Shown here piece by piece: positions 37,062 to 51,430 of a stretch of DNA of 64,000 nucleotides. The stretch lies in the NCBI GenBank assembly GCA_964199315.1, contig OZ116709.1, positions 2,728,001 through 2,792,000 on the forward strand, read 5' to 3'. The position numbers and the translations under genes are program-made. The first letter of the stretch is position 1. Each line of letters starts with the position of its first letter. The DNA comes from Orbicella franksi. Lineage: Eukaryota. The notes under the pieces are model-generated. The model was not told the origin of the DNA and did not search any database. It saw only the letters and a list, made by a program, of their open reading frames with translations.

Positions 37062-39595
37062 TTTGACAGCGCACCTGTGTAGATAACCGAGAGAGACTGG
37101 GTATCAGTAACCACTCTCTGCGCAGGAAAAGGGCTAAATCAGGCGTTTATTACTTTTTTTTTAGAAGAAGAAGCTCGCGGGAAAGGGTAAGAAAAGAACG
37201 CTTGATCGCAGGCTAGAAAAGAGCTTTCCCTACAGCTCTCAGTGAACTCTATTAAAGGCCGGTCGCTAATCAAAAGCTCAGTTTAGTTGGGAAACTTGGG
37301 GCCATTAGAAATCACTTGAGCCACTGGTATAGAAGGTCGTAGAAACGTCTTAACCGGAATTGGAATTATCAACAAACTTTTAGGCGCTGTTTCATGCAGT
37401 CAATATGACTACAGTGTGACATTTCTGTCACCGAAGAGATAAATTTGAGATTTTATGAAAAAGAAAAAAAAGAAGAGAAGCGATAGTTTTTTTCCGGTTC
37501 AGACAAAGCTATCCCTTTGAAATCTCCCCATGAAGCCGCTGACGTATTTAAAAGTAAATTGATCTGTCGTCTCTAATTATGTTTCAGTTCTTGATTACTG
37601 TATGATCCATTAGTAAGTAAAATGCGGAGCGCTGATTTACTGTTGTTAATACTGTTGTATTAAAGCACTATAAGTTTGAATTAATTATTTATTCCCCTAT
37701 CAGCTGCAGTTTTCACTCACCGAGCTTAAATCCGATTCCAAATCGAAATCGGCTCACTCAATCAAGCCGAAATGAAAAAAAGCAAAACAAAACCAAAAAA
37801 GCAATTTTTTTCTCCGTCAGTTGTGTACGTATGAAGTATATAGAGAAGTTACCGAGTAACTATATCCACAAGGAATAAAACACAAATAGCGGTGATAAAC
37901 ATATTAAACTTACGCATTTTAATAACTTGACGTTTCGTATGCTACGATGGCCCAAGAACAAAAGCCTTTATGAAACTATATCCACGCTATATTTTTAACA
38001 TGAGATACCTACCTTGAGATAACCTGAAATGCAAAGGAATCGCTCGGAGCCGTTAATCTGAGTTCGGTGCTTGTATCGAGGTGTGTACATGGGGTCATTT
38101 TTTCATTATTAAACCTGGGGATCTCGACTTTGACTAACTAAGAAACTTCATGGATAAATAGAACTCTCCTTACTAACAGCTAGCTCAAGCCAAGTCGAGG
38201 GAAAGCAAATACCATACTTGACTAGACAAGACAGGTGAAAGCCTGCATACTAATTCAGTGTTCATACTCAGTAACAATAGACCTATAAACGTTTTTTCAA
38301 TCTGACGCGCAAACCTTTTATTGATTTTTGTAACAAGAGGAGATTCTTTGATTTCAAAACCGAGAACCATTGATCAATGCAAGCCGAAGTGAAAATTGAA
38401 TCATGATTTGTGATATACAACCAAAAGCAATTTTTTTTGTTCATTTTTCTATTAATCAGTGAAATTCACTCAATAGCTAGACTTGAAATGTTTTTAAAAA
38501 ACTTCAACGTTGTATGCAAAATAAACTTGTTTGGTGCCACTGAAGATCCACTAAAAAACTTAAAATCTATTAAGACGAGTTTTTGTTTCCATTTAAAATT
38601 CTCAGCGGGAGAGATCCAATACTGCAAAGAAACAAACTAATGATATTTGTACGATATACTGTTATTGTGCGAGCCTTGTTTGGCGACTAGTAATAGTTTT
38701 ATCTTGTGTTACTAATTCTCAAGGCACGTGCCACACTTAAGTAGCTCAAAGTAAGAGAGTACCCTTTTCAATATATCACACGGCAATATCCTTTTTACAG
38801 ACTGTAAAGGCTATAACATGCAATCCTAATTAAACGCATTGAATACCAGACAAATAAAATAAGCTTGTGTTAGTTGAATCAATGATGTTTTCAGGCAGTT
38901 TCATCAAATCCGACGCGCTGATTTCCGCGTTAAACGTTTAAAATTCTCAAAACCATCTAGAAACTGAACCGAAAATTTGCATGTTAAGACGCTTTCCATA
39001 AACTTCTTTTGGTAACCCAATAACCGAAATCTCGTAATATCATTTTGCTTGATGGATAGTGTCTGCTTGAGAGCACATAATAGTTGCAGAGTCCATTTTA
39101 TTTGCTGTTATCGTTAACCATGGCCACACGAGACTAAATAATTAATTTGATTTGATTTTCCACTCAGCAGCCTGCGACCCACGCATCTGCTTTATCCATA
39201 ATTAGCTTGTTGGTTGCGCAAAATAACTGGTGGCAATTTGTAAGCACACCTACAACTGCGCGCGCGCCTTATAACACACAAACTAGCGCAGCCGACATTG
39301 GCCGAATGCCAGGGTATAAAGCTTTCACACAACCTGCTATCTGGCTGTTTTAAATTCATAATTTCAACGCCACGCTACTTTACGCTGAATTACGGAACTA
39401 GAACTTCAACTGCTCAAGTTAAAACGAACGTCAATTTATGAGTTTGTATAAATTCCAGTAGCTAGCGCAGGTCCGTTTTATTTCATGTCTTGAGAAGGTT
39501 GCTATAGTTCCACCTAGTATTTAGTCCTGGCTGCAAGCGGGGATACAGGCGTCGTGCGAAGGACCAGTATAAAAATTCAAGTAACAGGAACTAGC

Positions 39596-39707
39596 ATGCC
39601 TAGCGTTACCCATCCGCTACAGGCTGCCTCCTTGTCAGGACATGATGCTTTTGTAGAAGGAGTTGAATTCAGCAGTAATGGAAAATACATAATGTCAAGT
39701 TCTTCAG
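39596..39707 (+). CDS. TBL2: Candidate upstream alternative first coding exon of TBL2, lacking the TM anchor
   Basis: Encodes MPSVTHPLQAASLSGHDAFVEGVEFSSNGKYIMSSSS and ends at phase-1 donor CAG|GTGAGC, compatible with the exon at 42050. TATA-like tataaaaa near 39568. Confidence 0.65.
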
Positions 39708-39951
39708 GTGAGCTAATTCAATGCTACGCAAATCATTGTTTTTTTTTTTCCGCCGCTAAAAATATAGAATCTTTACAAAGGTTTATCTCATTTAATCGAA
39801 AAATTGTGTTCGTTAAAAAAACGTTGCTTTGAAGAGTAGTACTGTATGAATCGAGCTTATGCAGCGTTTTGCGCGCGTGAAAAAGCGCGAAAAAAAAAAA
39901 GCGTGAAGTGAAAACGAGGCTCCCATACATGTGCTGTAATCGTTAGGAAAC

Positions 39952-42900
39952 ATGGCGGGCGTCGAGGTCGCCACTCTTGGGACAATCATAGCAACCTCTT
40001 TAATTGCTGCTGCTGTGTTAGTAGTTATTCTGTTTATCGGCTTCAAGAGTAAACAGAGAAAGGATGACAGTTCTGAGACTGTTAAAAGTGAATTGGAAGA
40101 AAAACAGGCGATCAGCGGAGAGAGAAAAGACAAAGCAAAGACTACGAAAGGCAAACGAGGGAACGCGCCAGTGAAGAATCATCGAAGACAGTTTGCTATT
40201 CTGAAAGGCCACACAGGAGATGTTTTCGATTTGGAGTTTAGTTTGAATGGAAAATACATGGCCTCAACTTCGCAAGGTTGTCACAAAGAAATATAAATTC
40301 AATAAGTTTTCTTTTATAATGTAGCCGCTTGCATGCTTAGAGATGTGTCCACGTACACAGAGGATATATCACGTGAAGGAGGGCATTAAGCTTGTTATTT
40401 TTTATTTAGACGTTTATCTAAAACGTATTTTTACGTAAACAATTTATTATTTATACAATTCGTTAGCGCAAATTTGTGAAATTTTATTGCATTTGAGTCG
40501 TAGATTTTCAAGTCTGTTTTGGTAAAGGATTAATACTTGTCACAACTACTTGAATCTTTCCCCGGTGGAATCCCCCTCACATACAAACTCAACAATCCAG
40601 AAAATTGAGTTAGTCAATTTGTAGCTTATCTTATTAAGCATTGTTTTGTTGATAAGTGTGAGGCTGGAAGTATCAAGTGGCATATTCATTTTTAATATAC
40701 ACAGGATGAAGTACACAAACATGTTCTGAAGTTTGGGTTCATAATGTAAATTAATTTTTTTATAGTCTCATTGTGTAACATAGGTTTTTTGGTTTATTTT
40801 CAATACCATTGTTACTCAGGTCTAGTTTCTCAAAAAGTTTTTTTCAAGGGAAAGGCCAGAGAAATGTTCTTTTCCATGATATTTTTCAAAGTTGTCCCAA
40901 AATGAGTTTCTCTTCAATTTGTTGATTTCAAAATACATCTTAATTGGCAAGGGAGATAAATGCAAGCTTAATTAAGTTAAATAATTAACTATTATTTTAA
41001 AACATACATCTTCAAAATTCATTTCACAGATTTATTTAAAGAAAGCAACCTGGCTTAACAAGTTTTAAAATTCTTTGGTTCTTGAATTGGAAACCTGAAG
41101 ATGAACTTTCATGGCTGGCATACCATTTGTGGGACTTCCTTTGTCTCATATGTCATTTTGATTGATTTGATCAGCTCATGGGTATAATTGGCAACCACAC
41201 ATTACAAAATAATGTTTATTACTTTATGGATACTTTATGAAGCTGATCACCATCTGCGTGGCAAAACAAAAATATTTTCTTGAATTGCTATGTTGGCCAA
41301 ATACTTTGCATTCAGATCAGGACTTAACTACACTGTGTTTGAAAAAAATATTTCCTCATAATTTTGTACACTTAAAATCAGCGTATGATCACTTCAAAAA
41401 ATCTCTGTGTATTTTTTTTTTTTTTTAAAATAGAGTCCTAAATTGTGACGTCACAAAAGAACAAATTTGAGAAATTATGGGATTTGGCACCATTTTCGAA
41501 TAGAGGGTCCTTAGAAAAGGGTCCTTGCCAAAAATTACCTCTTAATTGTAATTCCCAGCCGAAATATAAAGGATGAAAATTTGCTACTGCCCCATATAAA
41601 TCTCTCTAATTTTGAGTCAGTTGAAGGGTTTGTATGGGATGCTATCAAACTTTGATCCCTTATATCTCTATCGGGAATTGCAATTCAGAGCTAATTTTTG
41701 GGATGAGGGCATCTTTTAGGATCCTCTATAAGAATATGACATCATATCCCATAATTTCAAAAATTTTGTTTTTGTGACGTCATCACTTTAGGACTCTATA
41801 ATTAATTTATCATTCATGAGTAGCATACACTAATTACATTTTTCCAGATCACTCCCAAAATATGTTAGAAGAGAAAAGAAGGCCTTCTACTGACTACAGA
41901 AACTAAAAGAATCTTGTATTTTGCCCTTCAATCAGCCTTACCCAGCTTGTAACTTTCACATTTACATCCTACTTGGACCACAAAATTAATGTAGTGAATG
42001 AAAAAAGAATAATACTTGAACTTAAATTATTTATTTATGTGTATTTCAGACAGGACAGTAAGACTATGGAGTGTAAAAGATTTCAAAGAGAAAGAACATA
42101 AGTAAGTTATGTTGTGGATTTATTTACTGTAGTCTGTGAGCAGTCAGTCTTTTCTGCAGGTCCCCTGAATGAATGGAAATTGCAGTTTATTGTTTTTCCT
42201 TCCTGTGTCTACTCATTTCAGACCTCACTGTTCCCCCATTCACCACTTGACGAGTCACTTTGGATACACAACATTATGAAAAGAAAGTGGCTGCCTCATT
42301 TTAGAAGTATTGTTCAAACTTGAAAAATAATCAAATGTAAAGAGTCTGTTGTCTTTGTTCATTATCTTTTATCTTATATTGTTGCAGTGGGCATGCACTA
42401 CAAATACCCACCACTGGAGTGAAATTAGTGCAATATGTCTCAAATGTAAATCACCATCAGATGTGAAAATGTTTGAATCAGTGAAATCTAGAAAAAATAC
42501 AATCATCAAAAATTAATAGCATGATACATTGATGTTTAGTTTTTATTCAAATAGGGGTGGCAAATGGTCCTCCAAAAACCAAGGGTCTCGCAAAATTTTC
42601 ACTGAATTTCACGGGTCTCGCAGTCGCATTTTTTAGCAGTTATGTGTGTCTCGCAGTCTTGATTTTTCTCCCAGAGCTCTCTTGCGGTCTCGATTTTTGT
42701 CAAGGCTAAGAAAGTCGCGAAGTACCGATTTGTTTATTTTTTTTTTCAGTAAAGTTAAATGGCATCACAACATCTTAGAACCTGAACATCTTGAGTTCGC
42801 ATTTAAAACACTTTAAAGTCTCGGTCTCGCAATTGAAGAAATCAAAATGTCTTGGGCTCGCAAAGAAAAATGCTAATCTCGTCGTCTTGCAAAGTCTGGC

Positions 42901-45900
42901 ATTTACCATTCTCCACCCCTTCAAATGCCAGTGGCACAAGGTGATGTCCTCTGGAAGGCTAGTCTGATGTATTACCTTTGCTGAAAAACAGGGAACAAAA
43001 ACTTTAAGCCACAGGCATGAAAATGCACTCATAAGAGCTGAACAATATTTTAAAATAACAGTCCTTCCTTTCCTTTAAAGAGTGGCCAGATGTTGACCTC
43101 ATGTTTACAGAGGGCAAAGGTTCTCAGACTCAGTGGGTTGATTATTGTACCCTTGGACTAGTTGTACTCCTTTGTGGTTCTCTTGCACAAAACATTTTAC
43201 ACACTGGCATCTTAAGCCAAGGAAATAAAATAATGTAGAATAGCAAATTCTCAGAACATTTAGACAGTGATAAAATGCTGATACAGGAGAACTTCAAGAC
43301 AGATCCATTAGACAAAAAAAGAAAAAGATATCAAGAGTTCTTTGAAAAAAATGGTTAGAGTGACATCAGTGACTGATTTTATCGTTTGATTTTCTTATAT
43401 TTTACCGTTAGATATGTAAGAGCAAATGTCGATTTTGATCATGGAACAAAGGTCAACTTCAGCCCTGATACAAGGTAAGAACACTTGTCAGTATTTTGAC
43501 AGATCTGTTATCATATACAGCCACAACTGCAGCTTTAAGTCAGGTGTCAGGAGATAAAATTCCCATGAAGCTTATAAACTGTTTTAAACATCAATCCTGG
43601 AAGCCTGTAAAAAAAAAGCCCTTCACTTACTGGTGTATAATGTAGGCTCATCAGGGTGAGCTTGGGTTTTTTTCCAAGGATGTGCCCTTTACTGCAGGGA
43701 ATTTGGATGATATTTTACATCCAAAGCATTTCGAGACCAGATCAGTGAGATGTCTGCATTTTGAGTTAAGCTAATAGGCTGGAAAGCTACGTTGCTGTTA
43801 TATTATTATCATAATGTTAACCATGCATGGCTGCCGTATTGGATACATGTTGTCCTTGAGAAATTAGAAAATCATTAATTTTAGATTTAAAAACATAATA
43901 CTGTTTATCATCTATTGAATGTCATCTAGCATTAATTTCATGTACATTATTGCTTTTTGACACTTTCTAAAGCTAATAATCTCACCATTTTGTCATTTTC
44001 CTATTAATTTTTAATTTCCTAGTTTCTTTTTTCCACTCTTCTCCATTGAAATCATTTTATATCCTCAGCACAAAATTTACTAATTAATATATCACATTTT
44101 TTGTTTTCATTATTGTGGCAATGTCATCCATTTCATTGTATCATCCCATGTCACATCTGGCATTTCTGATTAAGAACTTTAAATTTAACTTTTGTCCCTG
44201 AATAATGATTTTTTTAATTAATTTGAATCACTTTTATATGTCATTTCCATTAAACAATGATTAAACTTGAGCTGTTTTAACTTCTTAAATCGTTCTTTCT
44301 TGTCCTACTGTTTTGCCGACAGTGAAGATACTAAGCAACAACAACCAGTTCGCTTCAGGTTTGTTGAAATGCAACTAAACCTAAAAGTGCATGGAGATAT
44401 AATATGTAACAATGTACTTTAAACAAGAAAAAAATGATAAATCTGAATGTTCATATAATTATTATTAAAAAATTAGTATATCTGATTAAATTTGATTTTG
44501 TCTAAGTTTCTAAGAAGGCCCTTTGCTACATAATACTTTGTAAACCTAATTTATAAGTAACTCTTTCTTTGCTAACCCAAGATTGATGTGTTAATTCTCT
44601 TTACTAAGTCATGCACATTCTTTTTATGTTTGTCCTGATTTTAAAAGGCATTTAAATAAAATAATAACCTTAATCATAAAAATCAACAAAGATACAAAAA
44701 AATTTTATATTTTATCCCCAAAATAATTTAAATTAGAGTGGAAACATTGCCACTTGTAAAGCTGGCTCTTTGAGATTAGCGAAAACTAGGTATAAAAAAT
44801 TGTTCAAATCAAAAACAAAAAAATAGTCTCATTTTGGCATCAGGACTTCAACTCTAAATTATCCTGACAAAAAAGCTCCTAATCCTATCTGAAACAGCTG
44901 GACACAGACTTAAAGATACCATGCCGTTGCCTATCATTAGAAGTTCTGTACTCTTTTTAGCACTCAACTTGTTAGAAGGGCAAATGAGGTTCCTCCTCGT
45001 TTTTTCTATTCGAGTAAATCCCCTGTCATCTCCATCCATGTAGCATTGATTTTAATGCTGATTGTAGAACGTAATTTACTGTGTTTCAGGGCATTTATTA
45101 CAGCTTTGGCTAATGGCAACACAATCCGAGTATTTAAAGTGAACAAGAAAAAGGATGGATCTGGAGCTTCCATTACTGGTGAATTTGATTTTCCTGTCAA
45201 ACATTCGGCAGAGATCATCAACATTGCTGTGGCATCCAGTGGCAAGTTCATTATGTCATGTTCCAGTGATACAACGATAATCTTGTGGAATTTAAAGGGT
45301 ATGCTTTAGCTGCTAACTGTTGGGAAGAGGGGTCTAAAATGAAAGTAAAGATCTTTGGTAACCTCTATCCATTTTAAACTCAAACTGGACACAACCTTCA
45401 AGAGCTGCTGTTGTTGCCTCTAACAAATTTGGCCAGTTCAACCCTCCACACAGACACCTCCATGAAGGCTTTTAGCCAGGATTTGAAGAGTGGGTGTCCA
45501 AAATGTGCTATATAAGGGCCTGCTCAAATGAACAATTTATAAGGCAACATATCAAAAATAAAACAATTTTCTCTAATAAGCGGCCGTCCACAGGATGCCT
45601 GGATGCCCATCTGGCTAAAAGCCTGCCTCCATGATGTAGACACATTGATAATATTCTAAACAGTTCAGTAACACTCCCAGAGAAACCAGAACTCATATTT
45701 TTAACTCTAACAGGCAAATCAATCCACAATAAATTAAAACACTCACCTCTCTCACTTTGGAGTCTGTATTGATGAGGCTATGACTGGACACTGTTTATCT
45801 GTTGTAGGTGAAGTACTGTCGATAATTGACACTCGTCAGATGAACAACAGCTTTGCAAGTATATCTCCTTGTGGGAAATTTGTTGCATCTGCAGGTAGGA

Positions 45901-46843
45901 ACATTAAAATCTTAACAACCTTAAATTCTCCAGAGCATTCAATTTCTGGTTATGTATCACCAAATTCTCAGAACTGTCACTGGATTAGCAATTTACTGAT
46001 TAACCAGCAGCTGGCAAACTTTATTACATGCACTGTGTCAAATGTTGCACTGACAAATAGTCAAGGGCTACTCACAAGTGATCAAGTAAATGAAGTTTAT
46101 AAAATAAATGTACTTTTTTAGGGTAGTGAAACCTGTTTGCTAATGTGTCTTGTTCTTGAGAGTGTAATATATTTCAGTTCTTAAACCCTGCTGGCACATC
46201 TCGGTCTTAGGTTAAGCTGGTAATCTTTCAGGTTACTTAAGGGTTAGACTGGTTTAGTGGTGGGAACATTTGATCAGCATTTGACACACCTGTCATTTAC
46301 ACCTCAATTGAAAACTGGCCATTTGTCAGCTGTAACTACTGTACCTTTACATGTACAGTTCATATCATTAGGTACCAATATTTCTCTTAGGGTTCACCCC
46401 TGATGTTAAACTTTGGGCCGTGGAGTTCACCAAGTCTGATGAATTCAAGCAGGTAACATATTACATATTACATGTCTGTTTACAAGCCTTTTAATTACAT
46501 TAATAACATTTCCTTACAGTATATCTATTATGAAGTGCATAATTTATTTTACTTGTTGCAGGTTTCAAGAGCAATGGAGTTGAAAGGCCACACTGCTGGT
46601 GTTTATCATTTTAGTTTTTCAGCAGACTCCACAAGGTACTAGATAATGATGTACTACTGTTCAGTCATGACTAAGTAAGTTACTATTTCCTTTCATGATA
46701 AATGGCGTCACTCTAAATGTCAGCTTCCCAAATATAGCCTACATAGCTGGCAGTTTTGGTGCTATTTTGATGGAGTTTTGTGGTGCCAAACAAGCAGAAA
46801 GCTGCAAAAAAAAAAAAATGGCGAGAAGAGAATGAGGGAGAAA

Positions 46844-46917
<74 letters not shown>

Positions 46918-49257
46918 ACCATTCTTCTCGCAGCTTTTCCTTCACTGTTTATCTGCACCATGAGAGCCTATAGAAAAAGCCCACATAAACCACCAGCCAC
47001 ACAGGTTACCCAAATACAATTTTACTCAACATGGTTGTTTTAAAATTTGCATTATCAACCTTCAGTAAATAATGTGTTATGCATTTTACTGGTGCCTTCT
47101 TTTAGATAACTGCAATTTCTTACAAGCAGTTTAAGAGCATTGATGAAGGACTTTGGAGGAGTCTGTGGGCAGCTCTTTAAAGTTTACACTGGTGTATAAG
47201 TTTTTGGTTGAAAAAGATGTGAAAATCATCCTGCATCTTTACTTCCTTTGTTGTTTTTATTAGGATGGCAACTGTATCAAAAGATGGAACGTGGAAAATT
47301 TGGGACATTGATGGTGAGTTTTCTTTACTACAATGAGATTTGAGCTGTATGTAGCTAATGAGAGGGTTATATTTGGGGGAGAGTTGAAACATCACACTAA
47401 AAGTCCCTTCTTCTCTTTTCCCTTCGTGTCCCTTTGCTGCACTTCTTCCTTTTTTCAGGCCCCTTCCTCAACTGGGGGACTCACTTGTGGGAACTGTTTG
47501 TTTTGGTTTTAAAGTAATTGTGGCTTAAAATGTAGTTTCAAACCAATTTTCTATTTCTGTCTTATTCAGTGGAGTACACCAAGAAGCAAGACCCTCATCT
47601 ACTTATAACAGGGATCTATGATGCTTCGTTTGGCGTTTACAACAACATGCTCATCAGCATGTCCCCGGATGCTTACGTCACGGCTGTAGCTATGGGACGA
47701 TCCGTAGGAATTTTTAATACAGAAAATGGGAACTTAGAAGAACTACTAGAGGAAGTACACGGAGGTAATATAAATGAAATAGTTCTGGTACCAGGCTTCC
47801 CTTTTTTCCGGTATCTCGCACTGCTTGTCTTGTCAGCCACATAATTGACTTGTTTTGGTTAAGACGAATTCCGCTCAAAGTTCGAGCAATAAGTGCAAAA
47901 ATTGTTTACCAAAAATCTGCTCATAGTACGGTAACGTTTTGAATGCTGTTCTAAACTTCTCACGTTAATTCATTTCTGTAAGTGACCCCGCGATTAGATT
48001 CTCAAGCATTCTCGGGAAAATTAGTTTCAAACCTTGTAAGACGGCTTAAAGCGAGCGTTACTGTATTTTGAACTGATGTGAAATGTCTGTTTTTATAAAA
48101 ATATGGATGACTTCAAATTCAATTTTCTCTCGCGGGGTCAGCTTGAGAGCTTAAGTCTCGATAAGTTCTTCTTAACTGTATTCAAAATATTGCCATGCTC
48201 TGAGGTTTTTTTGGTAACTTGATTTTTGCCATTATTGCTCGAATGTTCCGCGGAAATCATCTTAACTCCTCAGTTTGCTAACTAAGCTCCTAATCCTTTC
48301 CTTTCTTAGCATTTTTTCGGTTATTTCTTTTGAGCGACTCTATTAGCCCTCTATATTACAGAGATTACTGTCTGAACTTTGATTATCAAAGACAAACACC
48401 TTCTGAGCTCATGCAAGTTTTTGTCTCCAGAAATCAGTTTTTAAAATTTACATTTTCCTTGATGTGATTAGAATAACTTCACTTAGGGTGACTAGTAAAG
48501 TAACATATCAGTACTGCTCGTGACACTGCCAACACACATTTGTTGTTGTTGTTGTTGTTGTTTCTTTCAGATGATATCACAGCGATCGCGTGGCACCCAA
48601 GCTCTCGTTACCTGGCCACCGCAGGAGGCGCGGACCGTCAAATCCGCGTGTGGCATAATGCGGCTGGGATCAAGGTTCAGATTGAAGATCTAGAGGGGCG
48701 AATAAACCGTGCCAGAAACGAAAACGTTAAGGTAAAATTGCAGCACATTTGGATTACTGAGCATTTTACAAGCGAGGTTTGCTGGGGTAGAGAAACGGCA
48801 TGTTAAATTCACACCGGAGTAGAAGATTTCAGACGACTTTTTAGGAAAATTTTGCGGATTCTTTGCGTAAATAGATATAAACAGTGGTTTTCCAGTGAAT
48901 GAAATATAATACAGTACAGGGAGTATATAGCGTGTTCTTTATACAAACAAACTAGTTATTTAAATTTTTATCTTTTCCTAACACAGGAGAGATTGGAACA
49001 ACAGGTTCTTGAAGCAAGGTAGAGTGGTTTTTTTTCATGTTCTATAGTTCTATATTCGCTACGTTTTCTTGTTCAATGTCAAATTAAATTGCAATAAACA
49101 TTAATGTGGGCATATTTTCTCACTTTCTTTTTCATTTACTGCTGTCCTTTCAGCTGTTTGTCTGTTCGTTTCATTCAACATTCGCTGTCTCTCTGCTAAT
49201 TCGTTCTTCTTTTTAATTTTTAGAGCGTCATTAGACAAGTTGAACCTCATTGGCTAA
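39952..49257 (+). CDS. TBL2: Transducin beta-like protein 2 (N-terminal TM plus WD40 repeats), ~447 aa
   Basis: Exons 39952-40276, 42050-42101, 43412-43474, 45090-45298, 45808-45894, 46391-46452, 46562-46635, 47264-47313, 47570-47764, 48571-48731, 48987-49018, 49224-49257; total 1344 nt. Motifs LKGH, FSLNGKYMAS..DRTVRLWS.KDF..KEHK, ANVDFDH, FTPDVKLW, ELKGHTAG, SKDGTWKIWDIDVEY. Confidence 0.93.
41431..41798. mobile_element. MITE in TBL2 intron
   Basis: TIR tagagtcctaaa / tttaggactcta plus subterminal inverted tgtgacgtca..ttatggga blocks. Confidence 0.75.
42554..42919. mobile_element. MITE with GG...CC termini and near-perfect 8-bp TSD
   Basis: Imperfect TIR ggggtggcaaatgg / ccattctccacccc. 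Flanks ttcaaata / ttcaaatg. Internal (gg)tctcgca subrepeats. Confidence 0.65.
46846..46913. repeat. (CT)n microsatellite of ~34 units, inside a tagcct...aggtta MITE-like repeat (~46735-47010)
   Basis: Read directly from the sequence. Confidence 0.9.
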
Positions 49258-50431
49258 AGAAGAATTCGATTTATTGTCCAGCAAACAACATTTAAATTCT
49301 CAAACAAAAAATATCAACAAAAGGGACAAGACGCAAGAAATATTTAAAATTATCAACATCGAAGACAGAAAAACGTTTTTAACGCGGGACAGTAGACCAC
49401 GACGAAGCTTGTGTTTATGTCGACCAACAACAGAACAGTGAAGAAAAAAAGACCTTCAACACAGCATGCAAATATACAGAGTACAGTTAACAACGAAGAA
49501 ATGAACGGAATTAAGAATCAAATGTACAAATTGATACGAAACGAACTGATGGAGGAAACTTTTATTTTACCTTTCATGAAACTCGAGTCCTCCCTTCGCG
49601 TATCAATAAATGCAACTTAACTTGAAAAACAATATGGGTGATCTTGAAATGGCCCAGCGTTTTATTTGCTAAAGCTTTTACGTTATGATTTCTATTTTAA
49701 GAGCTTTTTAAGAACAATAAAGTTATTGTCATCAGTTACTGTTGTTTAAACAAGTACTTTACAGTAATCAACATCTTTCCAAAGCCAAATAATCAGAAAA
49801 AGGCTTAGGTCCCCGAATGAACCAATCAGATCTCGCAATAGAAGTGCAACCCGTGCTAACCCAATCCACCGTATATACGGCAGAAGATGGCGGCTGCACA
49901 TTTTACCATAAGACTTCCTTAACCTAACACAGATTAGCACGTAGAAAGCCATACTTTGCATACATATTTTTCCTGTGCTACGAAAACTGTGAAGACTAGA
50001 TATGAAGTTTAAAGAACCTTTCTGTTTGTTTTTATAAGCGTCAGAGTCTCGTTCGCTTAGAATTATGGGGAATCTGTTTTATTTGTTCCGGCTCACTTCT
50101 TTCACCCAACTTTGTGCTATTATTTTTTGAGGATTTATTTCCGTGAGACCTTGAACTGAGAGGTCAAAATAAGCTGTAATGGTCTTGATCGGGGGTGCAT
50201 GGAAGAGAAATAATTGAACTTCACTTATTCACTATTCCAAACCGTACATTTTTTCGAATTTTTTTTTTTTTTTCCAAAAAGTAGCTAATTCCGAAAGTAA
50301 CGGTATTCCGGAAGTTTACGGTACCCTCATTTGCGTTCGGTCAACCTCACAACATTATCCCACAGGATTGTTATACGGAATCGAAACAGAGTAGAATCGA
50401 CGCAGAAATCAAGATATTAAAAAAACAATAA

Positions 50432-50833
50432 GGGCCTCTTTATAAGGAGAGAGTGTTACACTAGAAGGCAGCTTACCCTAGCAAGCGGCCGGGTTACCCT
50501 AGCACTCACACATTTCCTCTTTTTTTCTTCGTCGTGTTTACAAGACAGCTAGGGTTACCTGGGTAGGCGGGTTATCCTATCTGCGTGCTAGGGTTACCCT
50601 GGCAGACGGGTTAACTTTTTCCCTTGTAAATACTCCAGGTAGGGTTAACCCGCCTCCCCGGGTTAACTTTCTAATTGTTTCCAGACCCTTTGACTGTAAC
50701 CGCACATTACATGTAAGTTGTCGTAGGGTTACCCTACCTGTAAAATTTTTCTTGTAAACCCGGGCTATCTTTTGCCCTCCAGCTAGGGTTAACCCGCTTG
50801 CTAGTGTAACCTTCCCTCCGCGTAAACAGGCCC
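50432..50833. mobile_element. PIF/Harbinger-type MITE with TAA target-site duplication
   Basis: TAA|gggcctcttta ... taaacaggccc|TAA; internal agggttaccct/agggttaaccc subrepeats. Confidence 0.8.
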
Positions 50834-51430
50834 TAAGTAACAAAATGCTGCTTATGGTGTGGATCAAGTCTTGAAGGCGCACGTAAGACGTGAGTTTCCA
50901 TTCCATATTGCAGAGCAGTTACCTGTTTTGAAAAATTCGTCCCTTCCCCGGCAAGTTCTCCCTGCCCTCCACACCCTTCCCAGGTCTTCCTATGGAACGA
51001 GAAGACGGAAAGCTCAAATTGCGCAGCACACTACAGCTTTGCTTGGTTTTTACGCTTACTGAACAGGTTGTAGGTTTAAATACACTCGCAACTTGCAGGT
51101 GATCAAAGCAGTAAGTGCATATATCTCATTTCCTACACCCATCGGATGCAAAACAAAACCCAATCGGGAATTGGTTCAAGATTTCTTTAGGCACTTCTCA
51201 CTGTTCACAAGCTGAATTTTCAGTGAGTTTACTTCATTTCCTGAAATATTCATTTGTGTTATTTTGTAATTTTGGGTTCAAATACCCCGCTCACGGCGAC
51301 GACCCCCTACCGCCGGTCAGCGGATTAGCACCCCGATATTACATTCTTCATGTAGCTGGAATCAAACACATGGAAGAAACAGTTGTCAGCTTCAGTTGCC
51401 GACAGTGGTGAAGAGTTTCTGCAGACAACG

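Noticed and set aside
46713-47043. ORFs with RERERE or SLSLSL runs
   Set aside because: Translations of the (CT)n microsatellite.
50290-50326. ccggaagt ETS-like motif upstream of kish
   Set aside because: Better explained as the right end of a small Tc1-type MITE (ttccggaagtttacggta).
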